Made by a program: the position numbers and the translations under genes | The notes under the pieces: generated by a model | Told to the model about the DNA's origin: nothing | The model's database searches: none | What the model saw: the letters and a program-made list of their open reading frames with translations, nothing else | Shown here: positions 38,904-48,890 of the stretch, piece after piece | How positions within the stretch are numbered: position 1 is the stretch's first letter | How the letters are laid out: each line of letters begins with the position of its first letter | Assembly (NCBI GenBank): GCA_963790475.1 | Contig: CAWBOS010000012.1 | Location: 1,533,876-1,597,875, forward strand | DNA length: 64,000 nucleotides | Source of the DNA: an uncultured delta proteobacterium | GTDB taxonomy: Bacteria; Desulfobacterota; RBG-13-43-22 | Reading direction: 5' to 3'

Positions 38904-38934
38904 AAAAGGGGGTTAAGGCATTTAATCCCCTTTT
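38904..38934 (+). terminator. Intrinsic terminator-like hairpin
   Basis: AAAAGGGGGTTAA-GGCAT-TTAATCCCCTTTT. Confidence 0.6.
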
Positions 38935-39040
38935 CTTTTATGGAGAAAACTGTCAGATTCTGTTGATCCCGCAATCGATTCCGATTGAGGCCGAACGATT
39001 AACGTTGAACCCTTACTTTCCATATTAATGGAGCATTTAA

Positions 39041-41701
39041 ATGAAAACCCCTCAGTTAGATAAAGGATATGAACCGGCCCAGGTGGAAGAGGATTTATAC
39101 CGGTTCTGGATCGAACAAAAATTATTTGAGGCCGATGTGGAAGCGGATGGCCCTTCTTTTTCCATGGTCATCCCCCCGCCCAATGTAACAGGGACACTCC
39201 ACATGGGCCATGCCTTGAACACCACCCTCCAGGATATTCTTTGGCGCTATTACAAAATGAAGGGTTATAACGCCCTCTGGGTCCCAGGAACCGACCATGC
39301 CGGAATCGCCACCCAGAATGTCGTTGAAAGGATGCTGGCCCAGGAAGGATTGAACCGCCACCAACTGGGCCGGGAGAAATTTGTGGAAAAGGTCTGGGAA
39401 TGGCGGGAAAAATTCGGGGGGATTATCATTAACCAATTGAAGCGCCTGGGGGCGGCTTGTGATTGGAGCCGGGAACGGTTTACCTTTGATCAAGGGCTGT
39501 CCATTGCCGTTAAGGAGGTTTTTGTCCGGCTCTACCAGGAAGGACTGATTTACCGGGGGGACTATATTATCAACTGGTGCCCTCGTTGCCTGACCGCCCT
39601 TTCCGATCTGGAAGTGGAACATGAGGCCTATGAAGGAAGTCTTTTTCATATCCGATATCCTCTGGTAAACAGCCAGAGGGCGATCATTGTGGCTACCACT
39701 CGGCCGGAGACTATGCTTGGGGATACGGGCGTGGCCGTCAATCCGGAGGACGAACGGTATCAAGGTCTGGCCGGTCAGGAAGTTCACCTGCCTCTGACCC
39801 AAAGAAGAATCCCTATTATCGCCGATCCCTATGTGGACAAAAGTTTTGGAACCGGGGCCTTGAAAATAACTCCGGCGCACGATGTCAACGATTTTGAAAT
39901 CGGCCGCCGTCATGGATTAGAGGTTATTAAAGTCATGGACCCGGAAGCCCGAATGAATGAGGCGGCCGGAGTCTACCAGGGACTGGATCGCCAAGCCTGT
40001 CGTCAGAAAGTCCTGGAAGATCTGAATGCCCTGGGGCTGTTGGAAAAGACCGAAAAATATACCCACAATATCGGTCATTGTTATCGTTGCAAGACCATGA
40101 TCGAGCCTTATCTATCCAAGCAGTGGTTCGTCAAAGTGGGTTCCCTGGCCGAAAAAGCCATAAAGGCAGTTGAAGAAGGGGAGACCCTGATCTTTCCCAA
40201 GACCTGGGAAAAGACCTATTTTGACTGGATGACCAATATCAAAGATTGGTGCATTTCCCGTCAGATCTGGTGGGGCCACCAGATCCCGGCCTGGTATTGT
40301 GATCAATGCGGGGAGGTTATTGTTTCCCTCACTCCCCCGTCTTCATGTCCGGCCTGCAGTTCTTCGGAGATACGGCAGGAAACCGATGTCCTGGACACCT
40401 GGTTCAGTTCGGCCCTCTGGCCTTTTTCGACCCTGGGCTGGCCCCGGGAGACCCGCGAGCTTGAAGTTTATTATCCAACTTCAGTACTGGTCACCGGTTT
40501 TGATATCCTCTTTTTCTGGGTGGCCCGAATGATGATGATGGGTCTGCATTTTATGGGCCGGGTTCCTTTCCGTCACGTTTATATTCATGCCCTGGTGCGT
40601 GATGCCGAAGGACAGAAGATGAGCAAATCCAAAGGGAATGTCATTGATCCCTTGCTGATTATGGACCGTTATGGCACGGATGCCTTTCGTTTTACCTTGT
40701 CGGCCCTGGCGGCCCAGGGAAGGGACATCAAACTTTCCGAGGAACGGCTCGAAGGTTATCGCCATTTTGTGAATAAGATCTGGAATGCCGCCCGTTTCAG
40801 CCTTTCTCATTTTGAAGACCTTGAGGTCTCGGGTCGACCGATAGAACCCCCCCGAGACACGGTTAATCGCTGGATCATCAGCCGGATGAAGCGGGTCATC
40901 CAAACCATAGAACAGGAAATAAAGGAATATCGTTTTAATGAATCGGCCCATGAATTGTATCAATTTGTCTGGCATGAATTCTGTGACTGGTATCTGGAAT
41001 TCATTAAACCCGTTCTGTATCAGGAAGGAGAGAGCAGGGACAAACAGGTTACCCGGATGACCCTCTATCGGGTTCTTCTGGCCATTTTGAAATTAAGTCA
41101 TCCCTTCATGCCCTTTATCAGTGAAAAGATTTATCAATCTCTTCCGGAAAGGGAAGCCAGTATCCTCAAGGAGTCTTTCCCGCTGCCGGGCGATTTCCCG
41201 GAAGATGACCAGGCCGAAAAAGAGATAGAGACCCTCAAAGGCCTGATTACCGAGATACGGAACATCAGAGGAGAAATGAATATCCCTCCTTCAAAAAATG
41301 TCGAGATCTGTATGCGGGTTTCCGAACCGGCTAACCGGACTTCAATTGAAGCCCATCAATCGATCTTTTTGATTTTGGCCAAGGGATCGGGAATAACCTT
41401 TTTAAACCAGGAAAAGAATCCGCCTTCCTCAGCCTCCGGGGTATTTGAAGGTATGGAAATTTTTATTCCCTTGAAAGGGGTCATTCAATTCGACGAAGAG
41501 GAAAAACGGCTGGAAAAGGAACTGGCCAAGCTGAGAAAAGAATGGACCCAGATCGATAAGAAATTGACCAACGAAGATTTTTTGCAAAAGGCCCCTCCGG
41601 ATGTGGTGGAAAAGGAAAAGGAAAAGATCCGCTCCCTGGGGAAAAAGATGGAAAAATTGGAAAGTCATTTGGAAAGGATTAAGGAGTTGATGAAGGCCTG
41701 A
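39041..41701 (+). CDS. valS: Valine--tRNA ligase
   Basis: PPPNVTGTLHMGH, DWCISRQIWWGH, KMSKS, C-terminal coiled coil. Confidence 0.99.
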   Translation: MKTPQLDKGYEPAQVEEDLYRFWIEQKLFEADVEADGPSFSMVIPPPNVTGTLHMGHALNTTLQDILWRYYKMKGYNALWVPGTDHAGIATQNVVERMLAQEGLNRHQLGREKFVEKVWEWREKFGGIIINQLKRLGAACDWSRERFTFDQGLSIAVKEVFVRLYQEGLIYRGDYIINWCPRCLTALSDLEVEHEAYEGSLFHIRYPLVNSQRAIIVATTRPETMLGDTGVAVNPEDERYQGLAGQEVHLPLTQRRIPIIADPYVDKSFGTGALKITPAHDVNDFEIGRRHGLEVIKVMDPEARMNEAAGVYQGLDRQACRQKVLEDLNALGLLEKTEKYTHNIGHCYRCKTMIEPYLSKQWFVKVGSLAEKAIKAVEEGETLIFPKTWEKTYFDWMTNIKDWCISRQIWWGHQIPAWYCDQCGEVIVSLTPPSSCPACSSSEIRQETDVLDTWFSSALWPFSTLGWPRETRELEVYYPTSVLVTGFDILFFWVARMMMMGLHFMGRVPFRHVYIHALVRDAEGQKMSKSKGNVIDPLLIMDRYGTDAFRFTLSALAAQGRDIKLSEERLEGYRHFVNKIWNAARFSLSHFEDLEVSGRPIEPPRDTVNRWIISRMKRVIQTIEQEIKEYRFNESAHELYQFVWHEFCDWYLEFIKPVLYQEGESRDKQVTRMTLYRVLLAILKLSHPFMPFISEKIYQSLPEREASILKESFPLPGDFPEDDQAEKEIETLKGLITEIRNIRGEMNIPPSKNVEICMRVSEPANRTSIEAHQSIFLILAKGSGITFLNQEKNPPSSASGVFEGMEIFIPLKGVIQFDEEEKRLEKELAKLRKEWTQIDKKLTNEDFLQKAPPDVVEKEKEKIRSLGKKMEKLESHLERIKELMKA

Positions 41702-41870
41702 TAATTTAAAACTTACACTTCAAATCCCAGTTCTTCTTTGAATTTAAACGGGACTTCGAGAAAGATACCGTGCCTGGGCCGGTGGAATTGACCTTGGATT
41801 TATTTTGACGGCGAAAGAGGAATCCTCTTAAGGGATAATAGTTTTATAGTCTTTTTAAATCAACTATCGC

Positions 41871-42343
41871 TCAGTTTGTACCCCCGATGGTTATGGTTGC
41901 ACTGCCAAAATTTCCTTGGGAGGTGGCCGATATAGTGGCTGTCTCGGAAGAAAGAGACGGGGGAGAAAAGGTGCTGTATATTTTACCTGAACCTGGCCGT
42001 TTGAATTGGTGTCGACCGTAATAGAGTTGATGGGATTGGCTGCATCAGGGGTATCTCCCAAAAACCCTGCCCCACAAGTGATGTTGACCGGGATACCGGC
42101 AGGTACAAGATTGCCGTTATTATCTCTGACAACGACCGTAATGAAGGTGCTGCTCCAGGTGACGGGAGCGGTCTCAGAGGCTTGAGAGGCTTGTAAAGAG
42201 GATGCAGCCGGTATTACCTGGATCCTACTGATCGAACCCGATCCGCTGGAACTGCTGCCGGTCGAAGAAGTGCATCCTTGAAAAAGGATCAAGGAAATCG
42301 CCAGGCTCCCTAATACCGCTCCGAAACTTTTCACCAGGTTCAT
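41871..42343 (-). CDS. Lipoprotein with an Ig-like (Big_1-like) domain, frameshift near 41965
   Basis: Lipobox FQGC, Ser-rich linker, VVVRDNNGNLV, TNSNGQVQVKYTAP. The shifted frame continues ETATISATSQGNFGSATITIGGTN*, a typical Ig C-terminal strand pair. Confidence 0.7.
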
Positions 42344-42356
42344 CCGCTTTCCTCCA

Positions 42357-42914
42357 TTAAGATATTTGGTATTCTTTGATCCCTTCTTCGTACAGGTCAC
42401 CTCCCGTAGTATCATTGATGACTACGGCCGGGAAATTTTCGACGACCAGCCGGCGAATGGCTTCAGGCCCCAATTCCTGGTAAGCAATGACCTCCGCGGC
42501 CTTGATGGCCCGGGAAATCAAGGCCCCGGCCCCTCCCGTGGCCCCTAAATAAACGGCCTTATACTTGATCATGGCCTCTTTCACCGCTGGGGCCCGTTTA
42601 CCCTTACCGATCATTCCCTTCAAACCCAACTCCATCAAACGGGGTGCATAGGGGTCCATCCGGTAACTGGTGGTCGGTCCGGCAGCCCCGATGACCCGGC
42701 CAGGTTTAGCCGGGGATGGACCTACATAATAAATGATCTGTCCCCGAATGTCAAAGGGCAGTGGTTTGCCGGTATCTAATAGTTCGATTAGTCTTTTATG
42801 GGCTGCATCCCGGGCTGTATAGATGACGCCGCTTATTAAGACCTTGTCGCCTATTTCCAGGGTGGAAACAATTTCGTCGGTCAGGGGGGGGGTTAGGTTT
42901 ACTATCTTGGGCAT
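42357..42914 (-). CDS. Fe-S hydro-lyase (fumarate hydratase/tartrate dehydratase) beta subunit
   Basis: YTARDAAHKR, YYVGPSP, GPTTSYRMD, MIGKG, GGAGAL. Confidence 0.95.
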   Translation of the reverse strand: MPKIVNLTPPLTDEIVSTLEIGDKVLISGVIYTARDAAHKRLIELLDTGKPLPFDIRGQIIYYVGPSPAKPGRVIGAAGPTTSYRMDPYAPRLMELGLKGMIGKGKRAPAVKEAMIKYKAVYLGATGGAGALISRAIKAAEVIAYQELGPEAIRRLVVENFPAVVINDTTGGDLYEEGIKEYQIS

Positions 42915-42986
42915 GGATAGGTCCTTCTTGTTAATAAAGGGGTTCAAGGTCCAAGGTTCAAGGTTAAAGGAAACCCCTTTTACCTA

Positions 42987-43195
42987 ACCCGGACAAGCCG
43001 GAACCATATTTGAAATATTGTAACATTTGGTGGATTCGTAAAAAGTCACCGAAAGCCTATTTTCGTCATTCCCTTGAAAAAGGGAATCCAGTGTTTTTAA
43101 TAAGTTGAGAATAGCCTGGATTCCCGCCTCCGCGAGACCTTATGACGACGAAATATTCTATCCAATTTGAGTAGAATTCTATTCCTAAGTTACTA
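42987..43195. mobile_element. ~209-bp non-autonomous element (copy 2)
   Basis: Near-identical to 14428-14632; same TTACCTA left flank, ends ...CTAAGTTACTA. Confidence 0.85.
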
Positions 43196-45140
43196 CGCCT
43201 CGTCCGGGAGTTCCCCGGAAGAGGTGGCCCCTAACAGGGCAGTTGACTTAAAAGCCCGGAGTCTTTAATCTGGTCTTTCCCTTAAGGGGTAGCCCCGATA
43301 TTAGCTGTAAAAGAACCTCTAATTGAGGCGGCTGCTCCGACGAGCCGCTCAGGGGCCCATTCTCGCAGCCGCCGAGAAGGGGCCCCGGCAATGACTGGGG
43401 AGCCCTCCATATCAAAAGATCGACCAGGGAAAGACCGATGATCATGGCAGATGAATTTTGCAAGCAATATCAAGACTACCTTGACGGCATTTATGATTGT
43501 ATTGATCGTATTGTGCTCAATGCCTATTTCATTTTTGGCCAGTCCCCTGGAGGATTTAGAACCTGGTGGCGGGCCTTGAAGGGAACAGATAACGATCTGA
43601 ATGATACCAACCTGATGCGTTTTGCCGGACGACTCAGCCGACGGATTCATGCCTATGCTAAGAAAGAAGGTATTCCCTTGATCCATTGCCAGCGCGGTGA
43701 ACGAAAGCACGAGGTGGCCGAGCAATATATTCCCGGGGATCCGAACTTTCGGGGTGTATTTTGTATTCTGGCCGGGATTGCTCCGGCACCCCTTTTCCAC
43801 ATTCAGCGATCTAAAAGCGGGGGGATCAGTAACATTTCCACCAAGACCCCTTACCCCTATGTCAACCATTATTCGTTCCACATAATGGATCCGGAATGGG
43901 GACATCTGACCATCAAACTCTGTCCCCATCCTCCTTTTAATGCCCAGATCATCCTGAACGGACATGAATATCTATCCCGTCAGGCCATGAAACAAGGGCT
44001 TGTCTTTACTAAAGAAGGTAACTGCTTTACGGCAGTGACCGATAGCGCAGGTCTGGACCACATCGCGGATACCATGAGGGCCTCGTGCTCTGTAGGGCGT
44101 CTGGTTCGGACCTGCGATCAATGGATTTATTCGGCCTGTCTTTGTTTTGCCTTGGATCTTTCGGAGCAGAAAGCCAGTGGCTTCCATTACAGTTATTCTG
44201 TTTATCAGATGGAGTATAGCCGCAATCTGCTTTTTAACCGAGGCCGAACTTTGGATCAGGTGTTCCAGGGCTTGATCGATCGAACCAGAGCCCCTTTGAA
44301 TCTCAAGACGGTTCGAACTATTTTTGGCTATCGACACCGGCCATTCAGTCATCACGGCAAGAAACCGTTGCCTCGATTCGAGATCACGGTCGAGAGACCT
44401 GTCTATGATCTGACGATCTTCAAAATCCATTTTGGAAAAATGACGGTCAAGATGTATAGCAAAGGCGAAAGGGTTCTCCGAACCGAGGTTATTATTCACA
44501 ATACGAGTCAGTTGCGTTGCGGAAAACGGATCGATCGTTTCCCACAGATCTGCGAATCCCTTAAAGAAGTCCTGGAAAGATTCCTCACCGTTCTGAACGG
44601 GGTCGATGTTTCTTTTATTGATAACGGTACCTTGGAGAAGTGGCCTCTGCCCTCTAAGGTTGGAGCCACCTCCGTGGGAGGGGTCGATATCAATCGGCCT
44701 CGTATCCGGGCGGTCATGGAAGCTGTTATTGCTCTTTCTATCCATCCCCGTGGATTTACGGCTGCGAATCTGGCAGAAAAAGTCCGGGAAATTCTCAGAA
44801 TCCCGCAGAGCCGGTATCAGGCTCGGCAGGCTTCTTATGACTTGAAAAAGTTTAGAGGTAAAGATCTGGTTCAAATGATCGGCCATTCGCGCTGTTATAT
44901 GGCCACCCCGGTGGGCTTGCGTTCGATGACGGCTGTCCTTGTTCTGCGGGAAAAAATATTGATTCCTCTGCTCGCTGGCGCTGAAAAGCATCATCCCGGA
45001 CCAAAACCTGGAAACTTCTCTACTATCGATATTCATTACAAAAATATCCAACATGAGATGCAACAAATTTTTGAAATTTATAAAATGGCAGCATAATATT
45101 ATCGACAAAACTTTGTCGATGTTGATTCACTAAGCGCCTA
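43196..45140 (+). mobile_element. TIR-less putative mobile element (1945 bp), inserted with the small element between the fumarase subunit genes
   Basis: Splits an alpha/beta operon and an intergenic heptamer array (GGTTCAA..ACCTA | AACCTTAAACC). Bounded by CTA on both sides, with terminal hairpins at 43198-43224 and 45101-45120. Confidence 0.78.
43438..45096 (+). CDS. Putative transposase/replication-initiator-like protein with a C-terminal winged helix
   Basis: 552 aa, sole long sense ORF of the element. KMYSK..VLRTE (Y340,K342,R348,E350) resembles the Rep_trans catalytic motif; C-terminal GFTAANL..ASYDLKKFRGKDLV..CY wHTH; no DDE triad recognised. Confidence 0.7.
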   Translation: MIMADEFCKQYQDYLDGIYDCIDRIVLNAYFIFGQSPGGFRTWWRALKGTDNDLNDTNLMRFAGRLSRRIHAYAKKEGIPLIHCQRGERKHEVAEQYIPGDPNFRGVFCILAGIAPAPLFHIQRSKSGGISNISTKTPYPYVNHYSFHIMDPEWGHLTIKLCPHPPFNAQIILNGHEYLSRQAMKQGLVFTKEGNCFTAVTDSAGLDHIADTMRASCSVGRLVRTCDQWIYSACLCFALDLSEQKASGFHYSYSVYQMEYSRNLLFNRGRTLDQVFQGLIDRTRAPLNLKTVRTIFGYRHRPFSHHGKKPLPRFEITVERPVYDLTIFKIHFGKMTVKMYSKGERVLRTEVIIHNTSQLRCGKRIDRFPQICESLKEVLERFLTVLNGVDVSFIDNGTLEKWPLPSKVGATSVGGVDINRPRIRAVMEAVIALSIHPRGFTAANLAEKVREILRIPQSRYQARQASYDLKKFRGKDLVQMIGHSRCYMATPVGLRSMTAVLVLREKILIPLLAGAEKHHPGPKPGNFSTIDIHYKNIQHEMQQIFEIYKMAA

Positions 45141-45177
45141 AACCTTAAACCGGTTACCTTATACCTTTCACCTTCAT

Positions 45178-46021
45178 TCATAAGGTCACTTCCTTATGTC
45201 GGCTGGCATGGCACTGGACATTGACTGCCAGCGGAAGGCTGGCAATGTGGCAGGGCAACAGCCGGACATGGACTCCCAAAGAGGTTGTCCGGCCCCCCAA
45301 ACCCTGGGGACCGATCCCGAGTTTATTGATTAAATCCAGAAGCTCGATCTCCAGTTGATTCCAGTTCCGAATCGGGATTAGGGCTTCCCAGGGGACGAAG
45401 CAGGGCCTTTTTGGCTTGTAACGCGGCCTGTTCAAAGGTCCCTCCAATGCCCACGCCGATAATCGTAGGCGGGCAGGGATTAGGGCCGGCTTCTTTTACC
45501 GTTTCCACAATCTTCTCTTTGATACCGGCCAGGCCGGCTGAGGGAGGGAGCATGAATATACGGCTCATATTTTCACTCCCGCCGCCTTTGGGAACCACCC
45601 ATATTTTGAGCCGGTCTCCCGGTACCATATCGATGTAAATCACAGCCGGGGTATTATCTCCGGTATTGGCCCGGGTAAACGGATGGCAGGAGGATTTGCG
45701 AAGATATCCCTCCCCGTATCCCTGACGGACACCCGAATTGACCGCCTCTTTTAAATCCCCTCCGGTCAGATGAAGGTCCTGTCCGATTTCAAGGAAAATA
45801 ACCGCCAAGCCGGTATCCTGGCAAATCGGTATATGCTCTTCCCGGGCAATCCCGGCATTTTCGATCAGTTGTTCCAATATCTCTTTCCCGACCGGAGAGA
45901 CCTCAGTTTTAAGGGACTTTTGAAAACAGCCCAGGACATCTTCACCCAGATTCTCATTGGCCTCAATGCACAGGACCTTAACCGCGTCGGTTATTTCTTT
46001 TACGTTGAGTTCTCTGATCAT
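45178..46021 (-). CDS. Fe-S hydro-lyase (fumarate hydratase) alpha subunit, frameshift near 45360
   Basis: PICQDTG, GYLRKS, NTGDNTP, KGGGSEN, GPNPCPP; C-terminal GIGPQGLGG..CHIASLP..QCHASR in a shifted frame (extra G in CTGGAATCAA). Confidence 0.9.
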
Positions 46022-46244
46022 CCGATCTCCTGCTGTGGGGGTTTCTGAATAAGATTTTCTTTTAGTTGGAATGATACTAAATAGGGTGGAAACGAGTGTC
46101 AAGAAGAAAAGATGTGAAGAGTCCGATGAAGAGATCTTGTTTTATTGGAAAGGCCCACTTGTCATTCCTTACCGGTGATGATAAGGTTATTTTTCTTGTC
46201 CGCCGATTCAGAATTCCTATCAAAAGAGATTTTGGTCATTTAAA

Positions 46245-47543
46245 ATGCCCCTGACGACCGGATTGAAACCACAGCCCTTTCACGGATGGACCACCTTGAT
46301 CGGCCTCATGGCCGCCTATGCCGGTTTGTGCGGGGATATTACCTACGCCTATGGTTTGTTCCTGCCGGCGATGAGCCAAAATTTTCATTGGAGCCGTTCG
46401 GCTTTGTCCGGTCCTTATGTCCTCTTCTTCGTGATCGGCGGCCTTTTGGGGCCGGTGGCCGGCATGACTATCGCCAGGTTCGGTCCCAGGAAAAATATTA
46501 TCGGCTTCAATCTTATCGCGGCCTTGGGCCTGCTCGGGCTGTCTCAGACTAATGCTATCTGGCAGGTTTATCTCTTCTTCGGAGTTATGGCCGGTCTGGG
46601 AATCGCCTTCGGCGAGTTTATCCCGATAACCACCGTAATCAACCATTGGTTCATTCGGCGAAGGTCAATGGCCATGGGTCTGTTCCTGGCCTCGGGTGGG
46701 GTCGGAGGTTTTGTTTTTTCGCCGCTTATCAGTAAGCTGATTTCCGATTTAGGCTGGCGCTGGGCCTGGGGTTACCTCGCCGGCCAACATCTTTTTTTGA
46801 CCGTTATTCTGGGGGGAATCCTCATCCGAAACCGTCCCGAAGATATGGGCCAGTATCCGGATGGCATCTCTGAAACGCAAGGGCATCCTCAGTTAAATCA
46901 AACAGCCCCTCGCCATCCCGTCTACCAGACAACGGTGGACTGGACGGCCGGAGAGGCCATGCGAACCCCGGCTCTGTGGATGATCATGGCCCTATTTTCA
47001 ATCATTTTGTTCGTAACCAATATGCTGACAACCCACCAGGTCGCCTATCTCCAGGACTTGAACTTCTCCCCTCTGATGTCGGCTACGGCCCTGGGTTTGA
47101 TGCTCGGCATGAGCATTATCGGCAGACTGGCTTGCGGTTTTCTGGGTATGAGATTCGAGGGGCGGCATCTGGCGGTTTTCTTTCTGACCGGCATGGGATT
47201 GGGGATCATGGCCTTGATACTGGCCCGGGGGGTTTTATTCATTCATCTCTATTCAATACTCACGGGAATCGGTTTCGGAGGCATGATTGTGTTGATGCCC
47301 AATCTTCTGGGTGCCTACTTCGGTCGCACCCATTATTCCAGGATTGTTGGCTGGACGGCCCCTGGGGTTACCCTGATCAGCGCCGGCAGTCCGACTTTGG
47401 CCGGGTTCCTCTATGATGTCACCGGAAATTATTTTTTGCCTTTTTCCATCACCGTCGTTCTTGTTTTAGCCGGAATTGTCCTGGCTATCCGGCTCCGTCC
47501 GCCAAGCATCCTACAGACGGAAAAAAACAAAATAGATTCTTAG
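46245..47543 (+). CDS. MFS transporter (OFA/MCT-like)
   Basis: About 12 TM helices, ARFGPR motif A, WFIRRRSMAMG, AYFGRTHYSRI. Confidence 0.9.
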   Translation: MPLTTGLKPQPFHGWTTLIGLMAAYAGLCGDITYAYGLFLPAMSQNFHWSRSALSGPYVLFFVIGGLLGPVAGMTIARFGPRKNIIGFNLIAALGLLGLSQTNAIWQVYLFFGVMAGLGIAFGEFIPITTVINHWFIRRRSMAMGLFLASGGVGGFVFSPLISKLISDLGWRWAWGYLAGQHLFLTVILGGILIRNRPEDMGQYPDGISETQGHPQLNQTAPRHPVYQTTVDWTAGEAMRTPALWMIMALFSIILFVTNMLTTHQVAYLQDLNFSPLMSATALGLMLGMSIIGRLACGFLGMRFEGRHLAVFFLTGMGLGIMALILARGVLFIHLYSILTGIGFGGMIVLMPNLLGAYFGRTHYSRIVGWTAPGVTLISAGSPTLAGFLYDVTGNYFLPFSITVVLVLAGIVLAIRLRPPSILQTEKNKIDS

Positions 47544-47858
47544 ACTCTGCCCTCTGCGAATTTTTGCTTCTTGCCACTTCCCGGCGAATCCTTTGTAGGG
47601 TTTGAGAAAAGGGTTGGGGCCCGGATCTTGTTTCGGCGAAACCCGGGAGACGGTTCCTTCTTAGTGGATTCCCTCCGGGCCGAAATGGCAACAATTGAGT
47701 GTTTCTAAGACCCTCCTCTTGAATGGACTTCCATCGGGTGGAAAAGAATATATTGAAGAAGGAAAAGAGAGTCAAGGAGAAAAGGGATTATGGTTTCCTG
47801 CACTATTGCCGATTGTATTAATGATCGTCCCCGCTCGAAAAAGGGCCAAGGACAAGGG

Positions 47859-48668
47859 TCAAGAGGATCCGGATTTTTTCCCTAACCCCGTCTTTTCCAG
47901 ATAGGTTAAACTGGCCAGGGATGGGTAGTGGGTCAGGTCAAAACTGATCGGGGTCAGAGTTACATACCCGGCCGACAAGAGGGCATGATCGGTATCCGGG
48001 GTCTCTTCCGGCGGGGGCAAAATTCCCGCCTGCCAGTAATAGACATTTTCCCTGGGGTCGATGCGCCGTTCGAAGCGTTCCCGGAATCGAAAGGTCCCCT
48101 GTCTCACCAGGCGAATCCCCTTGATCTCCGACCAGGGCCGGTCCGGTATATTGACATTTAAGGAAACCCCCGAGGGTAGAGGGGATTTTATAAGGAGATC
48201 CACCAGGGTCGAGACAATGCGGGCCGCCGTTTCAAATTCACGAGTCTGATAGGAATCGATGGAGACGGCCATGGAGGTCAGCCCCATCATAGCTCCCTCG
48301 GTGGCGGCCGAAACGGTGCCGGAGTAAATCACGTTAATTCCCACGTTGGGACCCAGGTTGATGCCGGAAATCAGCAGGTGAGGCGGGGGGGTGATCAGTT
48401 CATGAAGGGCAATTTTGACGCAGTCGGCCGGGGTACCGCTGACCCCATAGCCGAAAAAGTCCCCATTCTTAAAAATTTTTTTGACCCTAAGGGGCTGGGT
48501 CAGGGTCAGGGCATGCCCCACCGCGCTCTGTTCGGACTCCGGGGCTACCACCCAGAGGGGATGCTTTTTTTTCAAGGCCATCACCAGACTCTCTAAACCC
48601 TTGGCGAAGATACCGTCATCATTGGTCAGAAGGATTGAAGGGGGAAGGATTTTTGATTTGGTACTCAA
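47859..48668 (-). CDS. surE: 5'/3'-nucleotidase SurE
   Basis: ILLTNDDG, VAPESEQSA, GTPADCV, SGINLGPN, YSGTVSAATE. Confidence 0.97.
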   Translation of the reverse strand: MSTKSKILPPSILLTNDDGIFAKGLESLVMALKKKHPLWVVAPESEQSAVGHALTLTQPLRVKKIFKNGDFFGYGVSGTPADCVKIALHELITPPPHLLISGINLGPNVGINVIYSGTVSAATEGAMMGLTSMAVSIDSYQTREFETAARIVSTLVDLLIKSPLPSGVSLNVNIPDRPWSEIKGIRLVRQGTFRFRERFERRIDPRENVYYWQAGILPPPEETPDTDHALLSAGYVTLTPISFDLTHYPSLASLTYLEKTGLGKKSGSS

Positions 48669-48890
48669 TGTTGATTGCTCTGTGTCTTAAGAAGGATGTG
48701 AAAATACCGTTCGTTGCCTGCGATCGGCAGGATCGTTCGGCGCTCGTCGAAACAAAATTTCAAGCTTCTCGGTAACTGCCTCAAGCAAGAATGAAATTTT
48801 AGTATGGAAAGAAAAGGGCTCAGGGATTCAATGTCTTTATTTCCAAGCCGTTCACTTGAACCCATGAACCCTCGACTCCTTGAATCCTTA

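Noticed and set aside
41713-41800. Short minus-strand frame ...HGIFLEVPFKFKEELGFEV*
   Set aside because: No start codon or RBS before an upstream in-frame stop; too short to support as a gene or remnant.
43282-45108. Long antisense ORFs (227 aa and 378 aa) across the mobile element
   Set aside because: Codon-for-codon mirror frame of the 552-aa ORF with no recognisable motifs; treated as shadows.
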